Source of the DNA: Octopus sinensis
Lineage: Eukaryota
Assembly (NCBI RefSeq): GCF_006345805.1
Contig: NW_021833343.1
Coordinates: 1 to 27,822 of the forward strand
Length of the DNA stretch: 27,822 nucleotides
Direction: 5' to 3'
The notes beneath the pieces were generated by a model. It was given only the letters and a program-made list of their open reading frames with translations, did no database searches and was not told where the DNA came from. The first letter of the stretch is position 1; each line of letters opens with the position of its first letter. A program made the position numbers and the translations under genes. Of this stretch, positions 1 to 11,592 are shown piece by piece.

Positions 1-25
1 CATATATATATCACATATACATGCA

Positions 26-65
26 CTAGCTCTATGACCCGGCAACGACTGGTCTTTAATGCTAG
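26..65. mobile_element. Helitron 3'-end-like mini-palindrome (CTAG - hairpin - CTAG)
   Basis: aCTAG ctctat GACCcGgcaacgaCtGGTC tttaatg CTAGt. The hairpin resembles the Helitron terminal hairpin at 11271-11286 (CCCGG-GCAACG-CCGGG), with CTAG 6-7 nt away on both sides. Confidence 0.4.
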
Positions 66-210
66 TATATATATAAGAATAAAGAGTGAAAAAACTACAG
101 AAGACTTGTGTATAAGGTTAAAGAATATATATAAGTCGTTACTTTAGAAAATTTTTTTTTAAATTTTGTGTATAGTAAAACTATGTTACTATTCACAAAA
201 TTCTGTATGG

Positions 211-244
<34 letters not shown>

Positions 245-247
<3 letters not shown>

Positions 248-432
248 TGGCCAGATTGGAGCAATTTCAAGAATAATCAGCCGAAATTGCGAGGATAATC
301 TGGTGCTTGACTGAGGATAGATGCTTCGAATGACCCGTCTTTGTTTTGTTTGTACCGTCTAGTGGATGTTTTGTATCACTTTTTGTATCACCTAGCTGTT
401 CGGATGTTTTGCGTCTTGTCCCATTTTGTGTT
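245..432 (+). mobile_element. Interspersed repeat 'family A' (Penelope-like tail suspected), copy 1
   Basis: Aligns by eye with 14169-14355 (tgctggccagattggagcaat...cagccgaaattgc...ataatctgg...ggatgttttgcgtcttgtcccattt). The 3' end runs into (TA)n. Confidence 0.6.
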
Positions 433-436
433 TTAT

Positions 437-497
<61 letters not shown>

Positions 498-534
498 TTA
501 TATATATATATTTATATATATATATGTATATATA

Positions 535-720
535 GTTTAGCCAAACATGAACAAAGAGAAAGCACAACGCGAGGATGTGGAATAAGTATAGGAAAGGAAA
601 GAAAGAAGGCGGATACAGCGTTTCGATCGGAGCTCTTCGTCAGAAACATAGAAAAGGGAAAGGTCCAAGGAAGGAAGACGGAGAAAGAAAATCGCCAGCG
701 ATACACACGCGGTTACAACA
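535..720 (-). mobile_element. Repeat 'family B' fragment with degenerate minimal hammerhead motif (613-643)
   Basis: Minus strand reads CTGACGA-AGAGCTCCGATC-GAAA-CGCTGTA, the same layout as the motif at 14544-14579. Stem II and stem I are damaged. Confidence 0.45.
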
Positions 721-775
721 CACACACACACACACAACACACCACACACAATATATATATATATATATATATATG

Positions 776-961
776 AAGGAATACAAAAAATGGGACAAGA
801 AAGCAAAACATCCAGACAGTTAGATGATACAAAAGAGGGACAAGATGACAATTAGACGGATCGTTCGGTGTTTTCTATCTGTCCAGATGTTTTGTTGTCC
901 CTTTTTTGTATCATCTACTGTCTGGATGTTTTGCGTTCTTGTCCCATTTTTTGTATTCCTT
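776..961. repeat. Inverted repeat (arms 776-843 and 895-961) made of the family A 3' tail
   Basis: aaggaatacaaaaaatgggacaaga...gggacaa is the near-exact reverse complement of ttgtccc...tcttgtcccattttttgtattcctt. Confidence 0.85.
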
Positions 962-1301
962 TTTATATACATATGGCAGCGTACGTACCCTTTGGTCTCT
1001 TATGTTTTTCTGTTTTCGTGCATATGTGTGTATTGCTGTGTTGTAGATGTACGTAAGGCTTTTCAGTACGACTCTCTTGTATATGTTTCTGTCATAATTC
1101 TTAGTGAGTCCGCATTGCGTGTCTTGGCTTCAACATTGTGTTTTGTGACTTGGTGTGTGTAAATTTTTGCAACGAACGTACGCATGAAAATAAACTATTT
1201 CTGCGTGTGTGTGTGGTTGTAATTGTTTCACAACCAAAAGCACTTAGCGTTTGCTTGTGTATTAGTTATTGTTGTGTATGCGTTGACCTGTCCAAGGAAG
1301 C

Positions 1302-1500
1302 ATTTGGCTTAGTGGTGAGAGTGTCAGCATCATAATTGTAAGATTGTGGTTTCGATTCCTGGACCGGGCGACGCATTGTGTTCTTGAGCAAAGCACTTCA
1401 TTTCCCGTTGCTCCAGTCCACTCAGCTGACAAATAGGAACAAATAGAAACCGGGAAACCAGGCCCAGGAGCCTAGCTTGGCTTTAAAAGGGCGCATTTAT
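1302..1500 (+). mobile_element. tRNA-derived SINE with CORE-like central domain
   Basis: Pol III A box TGGCTTAGTGG (1305-1315) and B box GTTTCGATTCC (1349-1359), followed by ttgtgttcttgagcaaagcacttcatttc...ttgctccagtccactcagctg, which resembles the CORE-SINE domain. Confidence 0.7.
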
Positions 1501-1865
1501 TTTTTATTATATATATATATATACATATATTCTGAAGCATTTAATTCTTGCGATGATAATGTAAAAGTCCACACAGGTAGTACAGAAGGTGCAAGCTCAA
1601 GTAGTAAGCCACATTCTTATACTTTTTTGGGTCGTTATTTGTTATTTTTCTCTTAATGCCATGCAATAAATCATCTTTTCTGTGGTTTAAAATTGAAAAC
1701 ATTATCAATAATAGTATTCCGCTACTGTACGTAGATAAAGTTTCAACAATCACAACACAGTCATTTGAAAAGCAAATATATATATATATGCCTGTTGACA
1801 GTTACTGCAATTTTCAGTCGCGTGTTCCCTTCAATAAATACACACACATACACATTCTGTCGCTT

Positions 1866-1885
1866 TCTCTCTCTCTCTCTCTCTT

Positions 1886-1933
<48 letters not shown>

Positions 1934-2410
1934 CTTTCCCCCTCTGCATCTTCTTTCAACCACACTACATACTCCTAGCACTAAGCAACTATTCTCTCTC
2001 TCTCCCACTCTCTCTCCCATCTCCCTCTCCCTCTCCCACTCTCTTTGTTTCTCTTCCTCTCTCTCCCTCTCTCTCTGTCTCTCCCCCCCTCTCTCTCTCT
2101 CGCCTTCTGTCTCATTTTCTCTCTCTGTATCTCCTTTCAACCACACAATATACTCCTAGGGCTAAACAACTATTTCTCTCTGTATCTCCTTCTCTCACTC
2201 CCCTCCATCTCTCCCTTTCTCTTCCTCCCTCCCTCCCTCTCTACCCCCTCTCTCTCTTTCTCGCCTTCTGTCTCATTTTCTCTCTCTGCATCTCCCTTCA
2301 ACCATATTACAGACTCCTAGCGCTAAATACCTCTTTCCCTCTCTCTCTCTCTCTCTCTCTCCCTGTCTCTCTCCCTCTCTCTCTCTACCTACCTACCTAC
2401 CTACCTACCT
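1866..2410. repeat. (TC)n-rich minisatellite with three ~170-bp units
   Basis: The unique core cttcaacca...actcctag..ctaa recurs near 1955, 2135 and 2295 within TC tracts. Confidence 0.75.
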
Positions 2411-2689
2411 ACCTCTTCAGTCAGCAAACTCTTTAACCGCATAACATAATAGCCATCTCTTTCTCCTTGCTCGCACCGCTAACACTCTTCTCTCCCCTTT
2501 TCTTTTCACCTTTTAGCCTCAGCGTTTTAATATATAAATATCAAATAAATAAATATTTAAGTCTAATGCCAGCCTCTTGATAAAGTAAGGATATTAATCG
2601 ATTAGTTATTAAGTCGTATCGAAGTACCTTATCGATTTTCTTTTTGTTTTTGACTTATTTCGTTTGTTTTAAAAATAACTTGTGTGATC

Positions 2690-2905
2690 GTATGTGCGCG
2701 TCATCATGTGTATGTATGCGTGTATGCAAACGTTTATATGCGTACATGTGTGTATATTCAGGCAAGTACGTGTGTATATGTATGCGTGCACATGTGGACA
2801 TGCGCACGTGTATGTTATTGAATTGGAATGCATTTGTGTTTGCGGATGTGTGTGTGTTCGCGTGTATGTATTGTATGTATGTATGTATGTATGTATGTAT
2901 GTATG

Positions 2906-2936
<31 letters not shown>

Positions 2937-3165
2937 GTACCTATATGTATGTGTTTATATATATTTAAGTATTTATATGTGTGTGTGTTTACGCCACGTG
3001 TGTTTCAGTATGTATGTGTGTATAGTTGCGTATGTATACGTGTGTTTGTATGTGTGCGAGTGCGTATCTTCTATCGAATGTGAAGCGCTATTTGCGTGTC
3101 TATGTACCTGTGTGTGTGTGTGAGTGTGTGTGTGTGTGCGTGTGTGTGCGTGTGTGTGTGTGTGT

Positions 3166-3204
<39 letters not shown>

Positions 3205-3324
3205 GAAAAACAGGAAGCTGCCATTCTTTAGAAAAACAGGCAGGTGTGTTCTCCGCGGAACGACCGCGTGGAAGTCATTAAAGGATCTGATTTCGAAACC
3301 TTACCCCAACCATTGGCTCACTCA

Positions 3325-3362
<38 letters not shown>

Positions 3363-4195
3363 AAGAAGGGGAAAAGAGGGGGAGAATGTGTGTGTATGCA
3401 TGCATACATGTGTGTGCGTATGAAAGCGTGTATGTGCGTGTATGAAGGTGATCGTGCGCGTGCGAGTATGTATTTGAGAGCACGTGTGTGTGAGTGTGTG
3501 TATGTGTGCATAAGAGAGAGAGAGAGGGAGCATGTGTGTATGTGTCTCTGTACGTGTATATATGTGTGCATGCACGTGTTTGTACGAGTGTGTGTGTGTG
3601 AGAGAGAGAGTGAGTGTTTGTGTGTACGTGTGTAAGCGATTGTGTGAGCGCCTGTGCGTGAGTGCATGTGTGTTTGCAAGTGTGTGTGTGTGTGTGAAAG
3701 AGAAAGGAAAGTGTGTGCATATGTGTGCGTATGTGTGCGTGTGTGCGTGGATGTGTATGCACGCGCATATGCGTATGTGAGCCTATGTGTGCATGTGTAT
3801 ATATATTTGTGTAAGCATGAGTGTATGCGCGCGTGTGTATATGTACATATATGCATGTGTATGGACATATATACGTATGTGTGTATATATGTGTACGTAT
3901 GGACGTGCGTGTTGCGTATGTTAGTGCATGCTTATACACGTGTATGTGACCGTACGCACGCATTCATGCGTATCTGCGTGTATGTGTGTGTGTGTGCCAG
4001 TGTGAATGTATCTATGTATGTGTATATGTAAAGTGCATCTATGTATCTTTGTGTATGTCTATGTGTACATTTATGTGTACGTATAACTGAATGTGCGTGT
4101 TTATGTGTTTATGTATGCATATGTATATCTATCTATCTACCTGTCTGTACATACATACATACATACATACATAAATATATAGGTGTGTGAGTGTA

Positions 4196-4238
<43 letters not shown>

Positions 4239-4277
4239 TGTGTGTGTATATATATATATATATACATATAAACTTGC

Positions 4278-4312
<35 letters not shown>
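2690..4312. repeat. (TG)n/(TATG)n/(TA)n low-complexity block
   Basis: Directly visible microsatellite-derived sequence, with one short unique island at about 3200-3325. Confidence 0.9.
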
Positions 4313-4315
<3 letters not shown>

Positions 4316-4526
4316 CGTTGATTGCTCGAAATGGGGAGTAGATAGACAACCGACACCTGACGAAGCGTCATTTTTTTGTATTACTTGTCCTTTCTTTTCT
4401 CTCGTTATTTGCGTATTTAACTAATTTGTTTTCGTATTTCATGTTGTTTACTGCTGGTGAGGTCTGTACCCATATACATATATAATTATATATATATATA
4501 AATCTCTCTCTCTCTCTCTCTCCTCT

Positions 4527-4558
<32 letters not shown>

Positions 4559-4599
4559 TTATTATGCCCCCGCATCCATTTCCAAGTACATAAATATAT

Positions 4600-4642
<43 letters not shown>

Positions 4643-4662
4643 CACCTGGAAAAGTATTTGAG

Positions 4663-4980
4663 TTAATTATTTAGGGACACCATGGACCACTCAAACAGAA
4701 AGTTGTTATTGGTTGAGACGTATCTAGGTGTAGGTGGTTTACCCGGTATTTCCTGGAGGAATTTGTCCAGGTACCGTTCTTTTGGGATAACATTGAAAAG
4801 AGCAAGACCATTTACAATGAAGAAATGTTCTTATATAATGCGATCTCGACCTTTGTATGAGAAGCATTGCATGGGGACCTAGTCTTGGGTGAATTGTAAA
4901 CCGATATCATTTGGATAATATTGGTGGAATATTTTTCACATACTGCAAATAATGTATCGCTTACAGTGGCGTTGCAGAGA
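4663..4980 (-). pseudogene. Decayed non-LTR retrotransposon (LINE) ORF2 C-terminus, downstream of the RT domain
   Basis: Minus-strand translation SLQRHCKRYIICSM*KIFHQYYPNDIG...(frameshifted HPRLGPHA...RSRSHYI)...FFIVNGLALFNVIPKE/LDKFLQEIPGKPPTPRYVSTNNN matches the familiar SLQRRRERY...GPxLFNxxP...LDKFLxxIPDxP tail of invertebrate LINE RT proteins. It carries stops, frameshifts and a deletion. Confidence 0.8.
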
Positions 4981-5301
4981 ATATATGCATATATATATAT
5001 ATTCTATTTTATTTAAAGCTATGACTTTAATTGAGTTTATCCGGAGTTGCCCCTCTTCCGTATTTCTCATTGATAACGGCGAAAGAGCTAGAAACGTGCT
5101 GGAGACTCCGATAGGAGTCAGCACTGGACAGATATGGTGTTTTTACACCTTTAAGGATAAGAGTCAGGCTACGGTTATGCTGCAGCATATATATTTATAT
5201 AGAAGAAAACGAGAAGAGAGAGAGAGAGAGAGAGAGAGAATAACTGCTATAATATACATCAGAAGATATGGGATATAAGCTGATATCATAGAGCGTGAGA
5301 T

Positions 5302-5302
5302 T

Positions 5303-5378
<76 letters not shown>
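5302..5378. repeat. (GATA)n microsatellite
   Basis: Perfect tetranucleotide run. Confidence 0.95.
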
Positions 5379-5379
<1 letters not shown>

Positions 5380-5879
5380 GGAGATGGATAGATAGTAAAT
5401 GAAATTTAGGGATTTGTTTCTCTTTCGAGCGTTATGAAGAATTGGGTAATATTTGTGGAGTTGGAGGTGATGGACTTGTGCTGCGATCAGCTGGGATTAG
5501 ATAGACGACGGGTGTTTGCGGAGACTTTAAGGGTGGGACGTCTGGTGACAACAATAGGTACCTCTTCTCTTTTACAAACGCCACGATTCATTTCTTCATC
5601 CGCTCCTCCTCCTCCTCCTCCCCTCATCATCATCATGATCGTCATCATCCTCATCCTCTTCACTTCCACTTCCTCCTTTTTCTTTGCCACCACCTCCACC
5701 ACCACCACCACGTCTACTTGATGATCATCATCGTCATCATCGTCATCATCATCATCATCACAATCACTTGCTCCTCTTCTATTCCCCTTTTATTTCCTAC
5801 CTTCGTTGTTGCTCGTTTTTGCTTTTTTCTTATTCTTCATGGTAGTTTCTGAACACTGCATGCAAAAATAGGTAAGAGA

Positions 5880-5884
5880 ATGTG

Positions 5885-5938
<54 letters not shown>

Positions 5939-6548
5939 GTGGAAAGAAAGAAAGAAAGAAAGAGAGAAAAAAGGAGGAATGGAAGAAAGAAGGCATGAAA
6001 GAAAGAAGGCATGAAAGAAAGACAGAAAGCGAGAAAGAACGAAAGAAAGCAAGAATGAAAGATAGAAAAAAGAAAGAAGGAATGAAAGAAAGACACAATG
6101 AGAGAAAGAACGAAAGAAAGAAAAGAAACAAATCAGTAAGAAAGAAAGAAAAAAAGAAAGAAAGAAAAAAGAAAGAAAGAAAAAAGAAAGAAAGAAAGAA
6201 AAAAGAAAGAAAAAAAGAAAGAAAGAAAGAAAGAATGGAAGGAAGGAAGGAGGAAGGAAAGTAAGAAAGGAATGAGAAACAAATAAAGAAAGAAAGAAAG
6301 AAAGAAGGAAAGGAGGAAAGAAGGAAAGAACGATAGAAAGAAGGAAAGAAGGTGAGGAGGAAGATAAGATGGAAAGAATGAAAACGAAACAATAAGAATC
6401 AAAGAATGAAAGAAAGAAAGAAAGAAAGAAAGAGAAAGAAAGAAAGTAAGAAACGAATGAGTAAGAAAGAAAAAATAAAATAAAAAGAGAGAATGAATGA
6501 ATGAATGAATGAATGAAAGAAAGAAAGAAAAAGAGAAAGAAGGAAAGG
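5880..6548. repeat. (GAAA)n-rich low-complexity tract
   Basis: Directly visible; the source of the long F/L/S ORFs. Confidence 0.95.
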
Positions 6549-7024
6549 AGGCAAACGCGTGCATGACCGACTGCAGCAGATATCGACCGAAACGCGAACG
6601 AACGTTGAACCGGTGGCGTCACGGACTCTACTTAACGTACGTTTCAATACTTCTGAATGCTTGCCTGGTCGGCTGCAACACGTGTCGGGCCAAATGGCTG
6701 TGTAAATAAATCATCGAAGGAGTACAATGAGAAGGTAAAATGCGGACAAACTATGGACACGTGTCTCGGGGTCCCAGCCATGACCGTCACTAGTTCTTAC
6801 TGCCACTATTAGGTACCAACAGTACTAAACAATACTATCACCACAACCACCACCACTACCACTACCACTGCCACCGCCATCGTCACTCTGACACTCAAAC
6901 GCCAATAACAACGGCAACAACATTACCTACCGTCATTGGCATCATGCCATACTTCAACCACTCTGCAGCTGTGAACTCCAATGTCGCTACTATCAAGACA
7001 CATCACGCTTTAATACAAAAGCCG

Positions 7025-7043
7025 TACTACAACTACTACTACA

Positions 7044-7080
<37 letters not shown>

Positions 7081-7417
7081 TATCTACTACTACTACAACT
7101 TCTACTACTATTACTACTACTACTAATACTACTATATCTACTACAGCTTACGAATATTACAACTAGTACTAATATTAATAATAAACCACCACCACCACCA
7201 CCACCACCACCATTACTACTACTACTACTATATCTACTACTACTACTACTACTATATTTACTACTACTACTACTACTACTACTGCTACTACTATTACTAC
7301 AACAAGTACTACTACTACTACTATTACTACAACAAGTACTACTACTACTACTAATACTACTGCTTACGAATATTACAACTACTACTAATATTAATAATAA
7401 ACCACCACCACCACCAT

Positions 7418-7449
<32 letters not shown>

Positions 7450-7632
7450 ATATCACTACCACCACCGCCACCACCACCACCAGTTCTACTACTATTACAA
7501 CTACTCTAACTACTTCTGCTACTAATACTACTACTACCACCACCGCTACTACTAACGACTACTACAACTACTACTACTAATAACATTAATAATAATAAGC
7601 CACCATAATTACCACTACTACTACTACTACTA

Positions 7633-7672
<40 letters not shown>

Positions 7673-7735
7673 GCTGCTACTGCTGCTGCTGCAGCTGCTA
7701 CTGTTGCTGCTACTGTTGCTGCTGTTGCAACTACA
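7025..7735. repeat. (TAC)n/(CAC)n/(CTG)n trinucleotide block with internal duplication
   Basis: Triplet runs; gcttacgaatattacaact..tactaatattaataataaaccacc occurs twice (about 7146 and 7362). Confidence 0.9.
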
Positions 7736-8169
7736 ATGGTCTATAATTAACGAGGCTAACAACATTATATGCGCCCCGCCACGACCACCACCACATTGCC
7801 AGCGCCACAACCCCCATCTCCATTACCATCATCATCATTGTCAACAGCAGCGCATTAATACAACGACCAACTGCAGCACCAGCTGTGAACCCCTCCCCCC
7901 TCTTCCAATCCCTTACCACCTTGCCCTGCCCCTCCGCCTATGCCTCTATCGCCACCACATCAGACCCTAACTCTAACCTTACACCCCCAAACCCACATCT
8001 CTCCAACCGTGCCCCTCACTTACACCCCTACACACCCTGCAGCCCCTATTGTCTTTTCTTCTCCAACCCTCATCAAAACAAATATTAATCCACGTGTTGA
8101 CTCTGTAGCTGACCACAGCCAGGTGTGAAGACAAATAACTGTCAGGGGCCGAACCCTTCAGGAAGAATA

Positions 8170-8900
8170 ATAGCAGCAGCAGTAGCAGTGATAATGGTGG
8201 TGGCTGTGGATGTGGTGGTGGCGACTGTGGTGATGATAGTGGTGGTGGTGGGGGTGGGGATACTGGTGATGATGGTGATAGTGGCGGTGGTAGTATTAGT
8301 AGTGGTGGTGGGGACAGTGGTGATGATGATGGCGGTGGTGGCGAGGATACTGGTGATGATGGTGATGGTGGTGGTGGTGACAGTGATGATGATGGTAATA
8401 GTGGTGGGGATACTGGTGATAATGATGATGGCGATGGTGGTGGTGGGGTGATAGTGGTGATGATTGTGATGGTGGTGGTGGGGTGACTGGTGATGGTGAT
8501 GTTGGTGATGATGGTGATGGTGGTGGTGGTTGTGGTGGTGGGGTGACAGTGGTGATGGTGATGATGGTGGTGGTGATAGTGGTGATGATGGTGATGGTGA
8601 TGGTGGTGATGGTGATGGTGATGGTGGTTGTGATAGTGGTGGTGATGGTGATGGTGATGATGATGGTGGTGATGGTGATGGTGATGGTGGTTGTGATAGT
8701 GGTGGTGATGGTGATGGTGATGGTGGTTGTGGTTGTGATTATGGTGATGATGGTGGTGAAGGTGATGGTGGTGGTAGTGGTGGTGATAGTTGTGATGAAG
8801 TTGATGGTGGTGATGGTGATGGTAGTGGTGGTGATTTTGGTGATGGTGGTGATCGTAGCAGTGGTGATTGTGGTGGTGGATGTAGAAGTAGTGGTGTCGG
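8170..8900. repeat. (GGT/GAT)n trinucleotide low-complexity tract
   Basis: Directly visible; the source of the poly-His, poly-Val and Gly-Asp ORFs. Confidence 0.95.
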
Positions 8901-9007
8901 TGGCGGCCGTCGTCACAGTCGTAGTAAAATATTCTATCGATATTACAGTCTCGACCGACCAAAGCCTTGTGAGTAGATTTGGCAGAAGGAAACTGAAAGA
9001 AGCTTGT

Positions 9008-9405
9008 CGTTGGTTCTGTGGTAAGTAGTTTCTTCACCAACCACATAGTTCCGGGTTCAGTCCCACTGCTTGGTACTTTGGGCAAGTGTCTTCTTCTGTA
9101 GCCTCGGGCCGACCAAAGCCTGGTGAGTGGATTTCATAGACGGAAACTGGGAGAATCCCATCGTATATATGCATATATTTATGCATGTGTGTGTATATGT
9201 TTGTATGTGTATGTCTGTGTTTGTCCTCCCTACATCACTTGACAACCGAAGCTGGTATGTTTACGTCCCCGTAAATTAGAGGTTCGGCAAAAGAGGCTGA
9301 TAGAATAAGTACTAGGCTTACAAAGAATAAGTACTGGGGTCGATTTGCTCGACTAAAGGCGGTGCTCCAGCATGGCTGCAGTCAAATGACTGAAACAAGT
9401 AAAAG
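9008..9405 (+). mobile_element. Bipartite tRNA-headed SINE (octopus-type, central TA/TG microsatellite), near full length
   Basis: 5' half gtggtaag...ggttcagtccc...ttgggcaagtgtcttc...ggccgaccaaagcc...gacggaaactg; 3' half gacaaccga...ttacgtccccgtaa...gttcggcaaaagag...ccagcatggc..cagtcaaatgactgaaacaagtaaaag. At least 10 copies or fragments occur in the window, with a further fragment at 8940-9007. Confidence 0.85.
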
Positions 9406-9423
9406 AATATATATGTAAATATA

Positions 9424-9467
<44 letters not shown>

Positions 9468-9691
9468 CACACACACACCACACACACCACACACATATAT
9501 ATATTATATATAATATAATAAATCTCTGAGCGAGGTATAAACAGTAGCTGCACGACATTGTGAAGTATATTTGCCCCTTAAATGTGGATGCTACTGTAGC
9601 TTGTAGCTCCAGGAAAATACCTCCTCCAGCTGGCTATTGACACACTTTCTGTGCCCTATCAGGATTTGCAAAGGAAGGCCTACTGCCGTTA

Positions 9692-9858
9692 AGTTCTGAG
9701 TTCAAATTCCGCCGAGGTCGACTTTGCCTTTCATCTTTTCGGGGTCGATAAATTAAGTACCAGTTACGCACTGGAGTCGATGTAATCAACTTAATCTGTT
9801 TGTCTGTCCTTGTTTTTCCCCTCTATATTTAGCCCCCTGTGGGCTGTAAAGAAATAAG
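9692..9858 (+). mobile_element. Second SINE family, 5'-truncated (gttctgagttcaaattccgccgaggtcgactttgcctttcatc...)
   Basis: B-box-like GAGTTCAAATTCC followed by the conserved gcctttcatc.tttcggggtcgataaattaagtacc domain. Other copies at about 22863, 24270 (minus), 27490 and 27690. Confidence 0.8.
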
Positions 9859-9859
9859 T

Positions 9860-10155
9860 AGCTAGCTCCCCAACCACATGGTTCCAGGTTCAGTCCCATT
9901 GCGTGGCACCTTGGACACGTGTCTTCTACCATAGCCTCGGGCCGACCAAAGCCTTGTGAGTGGATTTGGTACACGGAAACTGAAAGAAACTCGTGGTATA
10001 TATATATATATATACATATGTGTGTGTGTGCATGAATTTGTGTGTCTGTGTTTGTCCCCCTACAATCGTTTAACAACCGTTAGTGGTGCGTTTACATCCC
10101 TGTAATTTATGATTTGGCAAAAGAGTCTGATAGAGTCCCGGGGTCGATTTGTTCG
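9860..10155 (+). mobile_element. Bipartite SINE copy, partial
   Basis: Same motifs as 9008-9405. Confidence 0.8.
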
Positions 10156-10391
10156 ACACATATACACACATATATAAATATGTGTGTATGTGTGTGGGTG
10201 TGTGAGTGTGTGTGTGCCCCACCCTCCGCGAGGCTGATATGTTTGCGTTCCCGTGACTTAGTAATTCGGTAAAAGCCACCAATAGAATAAGTACTAGGCT
10301 TAATTTAAAAAATCGTGAGGTCCAAGACGGTGCCCCAGCATGGCAGCAGCCTAATGAATGAAACAAGTAAAAGTTACTTTTACATATTAAC

Positions 10392-10792
10392 AGTAGCTGT
10401 GTGGTAAGACGCTTGCTTCCCAACAACATGGATCCAAGTTCAGTCGCACTGCGTGGCACCATGGGCAAGCGTCTTCTGCTTTAGCCTCGGGCCGACCAAA
10501 GCCTTGTGATTGGATTTGGTTCATGGAAACTGAAAGAAGCTAGTCGTATATGTGTGTGTGTGTGTGTGTATGTATATATGTATGTATTTGTGTGTGTGTG
10601 TCTGTGTTTGTCCCTCCCACCATCGCTTGACAACCGATATTGGTGTGTTTACGACGCCGTAACCTAGTTGTTCGGCAAAAGTGGCCGATAGAAGAAGTAC
10701 TAGGCATACAAAGAATAAGTCCCGAGGTAGACGTGTTCGACTAAAGGCGGTGCTCCAGCATGGCCACAGTCAAATGACTGAAACAAGTAAAA
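10392..10792 (+). mobile_element. Bipartite SINE copy, full length (3' fragment also at 10230-10372)
   Basis: Runs from gctgtgtggtaagacgcttgcttccc to aatgactgaaacaagtaaaa. Confidence 0.85.
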
Positions 10793-10818
10793 TAATACAC
10801 ACTTACACGCACACACTT

Positions 10819-10873
<55 letters not shown>

Positions 10874-10878
10874 TATAT

Positions 10879-11298
10879 TATATATATAAACGGCAGTTTG
10901 TCTGTGTGTCTGTGTGGCTGTCAGGTTACCCCTCACACTGACCACGACTTTCAACCGATTCTGATGAAACTAACACCACACATAGCCCAATGTCATAATT
11001 CAAAACTAACGCAGCGAAAATTTGAAAAGTTCCTCCAGTTCTGAAAAAAATTGATAAATTCGATATGGGTTCGAGAATCTAAGCTTTTTATATGCAACAC
11101 ATTTTCTGTTGTAGTTTTCGCAACTTGCAATCGGGAGACAGCTAGGAACATAGTATACATAGAAGTATTCGAGTGAAGAGAAGACATTGCAACCTACACA
11201 TGCGCCTTCGTTCCCTAGAGGGAAAGAACTAGATTGGGATTAGCCGTTGCCTACTAGGTGCTCTTACATACCCGGGCAACGCCGGGCTATGCTGCTAG
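10879..11298 (+). mobile_element. Non-autonomous Helitron (~420 bp)
   Basis: 5' (tc)tatatatataaacggcagtttgtctgtg...tttcaaccgattctgatgaaa, typical of non-autonomous Helitron starts. 3' hairpin CCCGG-GCAACG-CCGGG (11271-11286) followed by CTAG (11295-11298) and then T. Flanked by (TA)n. Confidence 0.75.
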
Positions 11299-11311
11299 TA
11301 TATATATATAT

Positions 11312-11592
11312 CCACTGTCTGGCACCTTGGGCAAGTGTCTTCTTCTGTAGCCCCGGGCCGATCAAGTGCTTGAATTTGGTAGACGGAAACTGAAAGAAGC
11401 TGTGTTTGTCCCCCAAACATCACTTGACAATCGATGCTGGTGTGTTTACGTCCCCGTAACTTAGCCATTCGGCAAAATAGACCGATAGAATAGGTACTAG
11501 GCTTACAAAGAATAAGACCTGGGGTCGATTTGCTCGACTAAATGCTATGCTCCAGCATGGCCACAGTCAAATGACTGAAACAAGTAAAGAGT
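11312..11592 (+). mobile_element. Bipartite SINE copy, 5'-truncated, lacking the central microsatellite
   Basis: Runs from ggcaccttgggcaagtgtc to aatgactgaaacaagtaaagag. Confidence 0.8.

Noticed and set aside
1305-1360. tRNA gene
   Set aside because: A and B boxes are present but there is no cloverleaf or acceptor stem, and it continues into SINE body sequence.
1531-1670. Possible terminal exon SEAFNSCDDNVKVHTGSTEGASSSSKPHSYTFLGRYLLFFS* followed by AATAAA
   Set aside because: Weak acceptor, no recognisable homology, and AATAAA is common in AT-rich DNA.
4335-4370. CTGACGAAG preceded by a gtgtcg/cgacac stem
   Set aside because: No downstream stem II or GAAA; at most a truncated hammerhead half.
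7979-9085. 368-aa His/Pro-rich ORF
   Set aside because: It starts inside a SINE and runs through (CAC/CAT)n repeats; it is not a real His-rich protein on this evidence.
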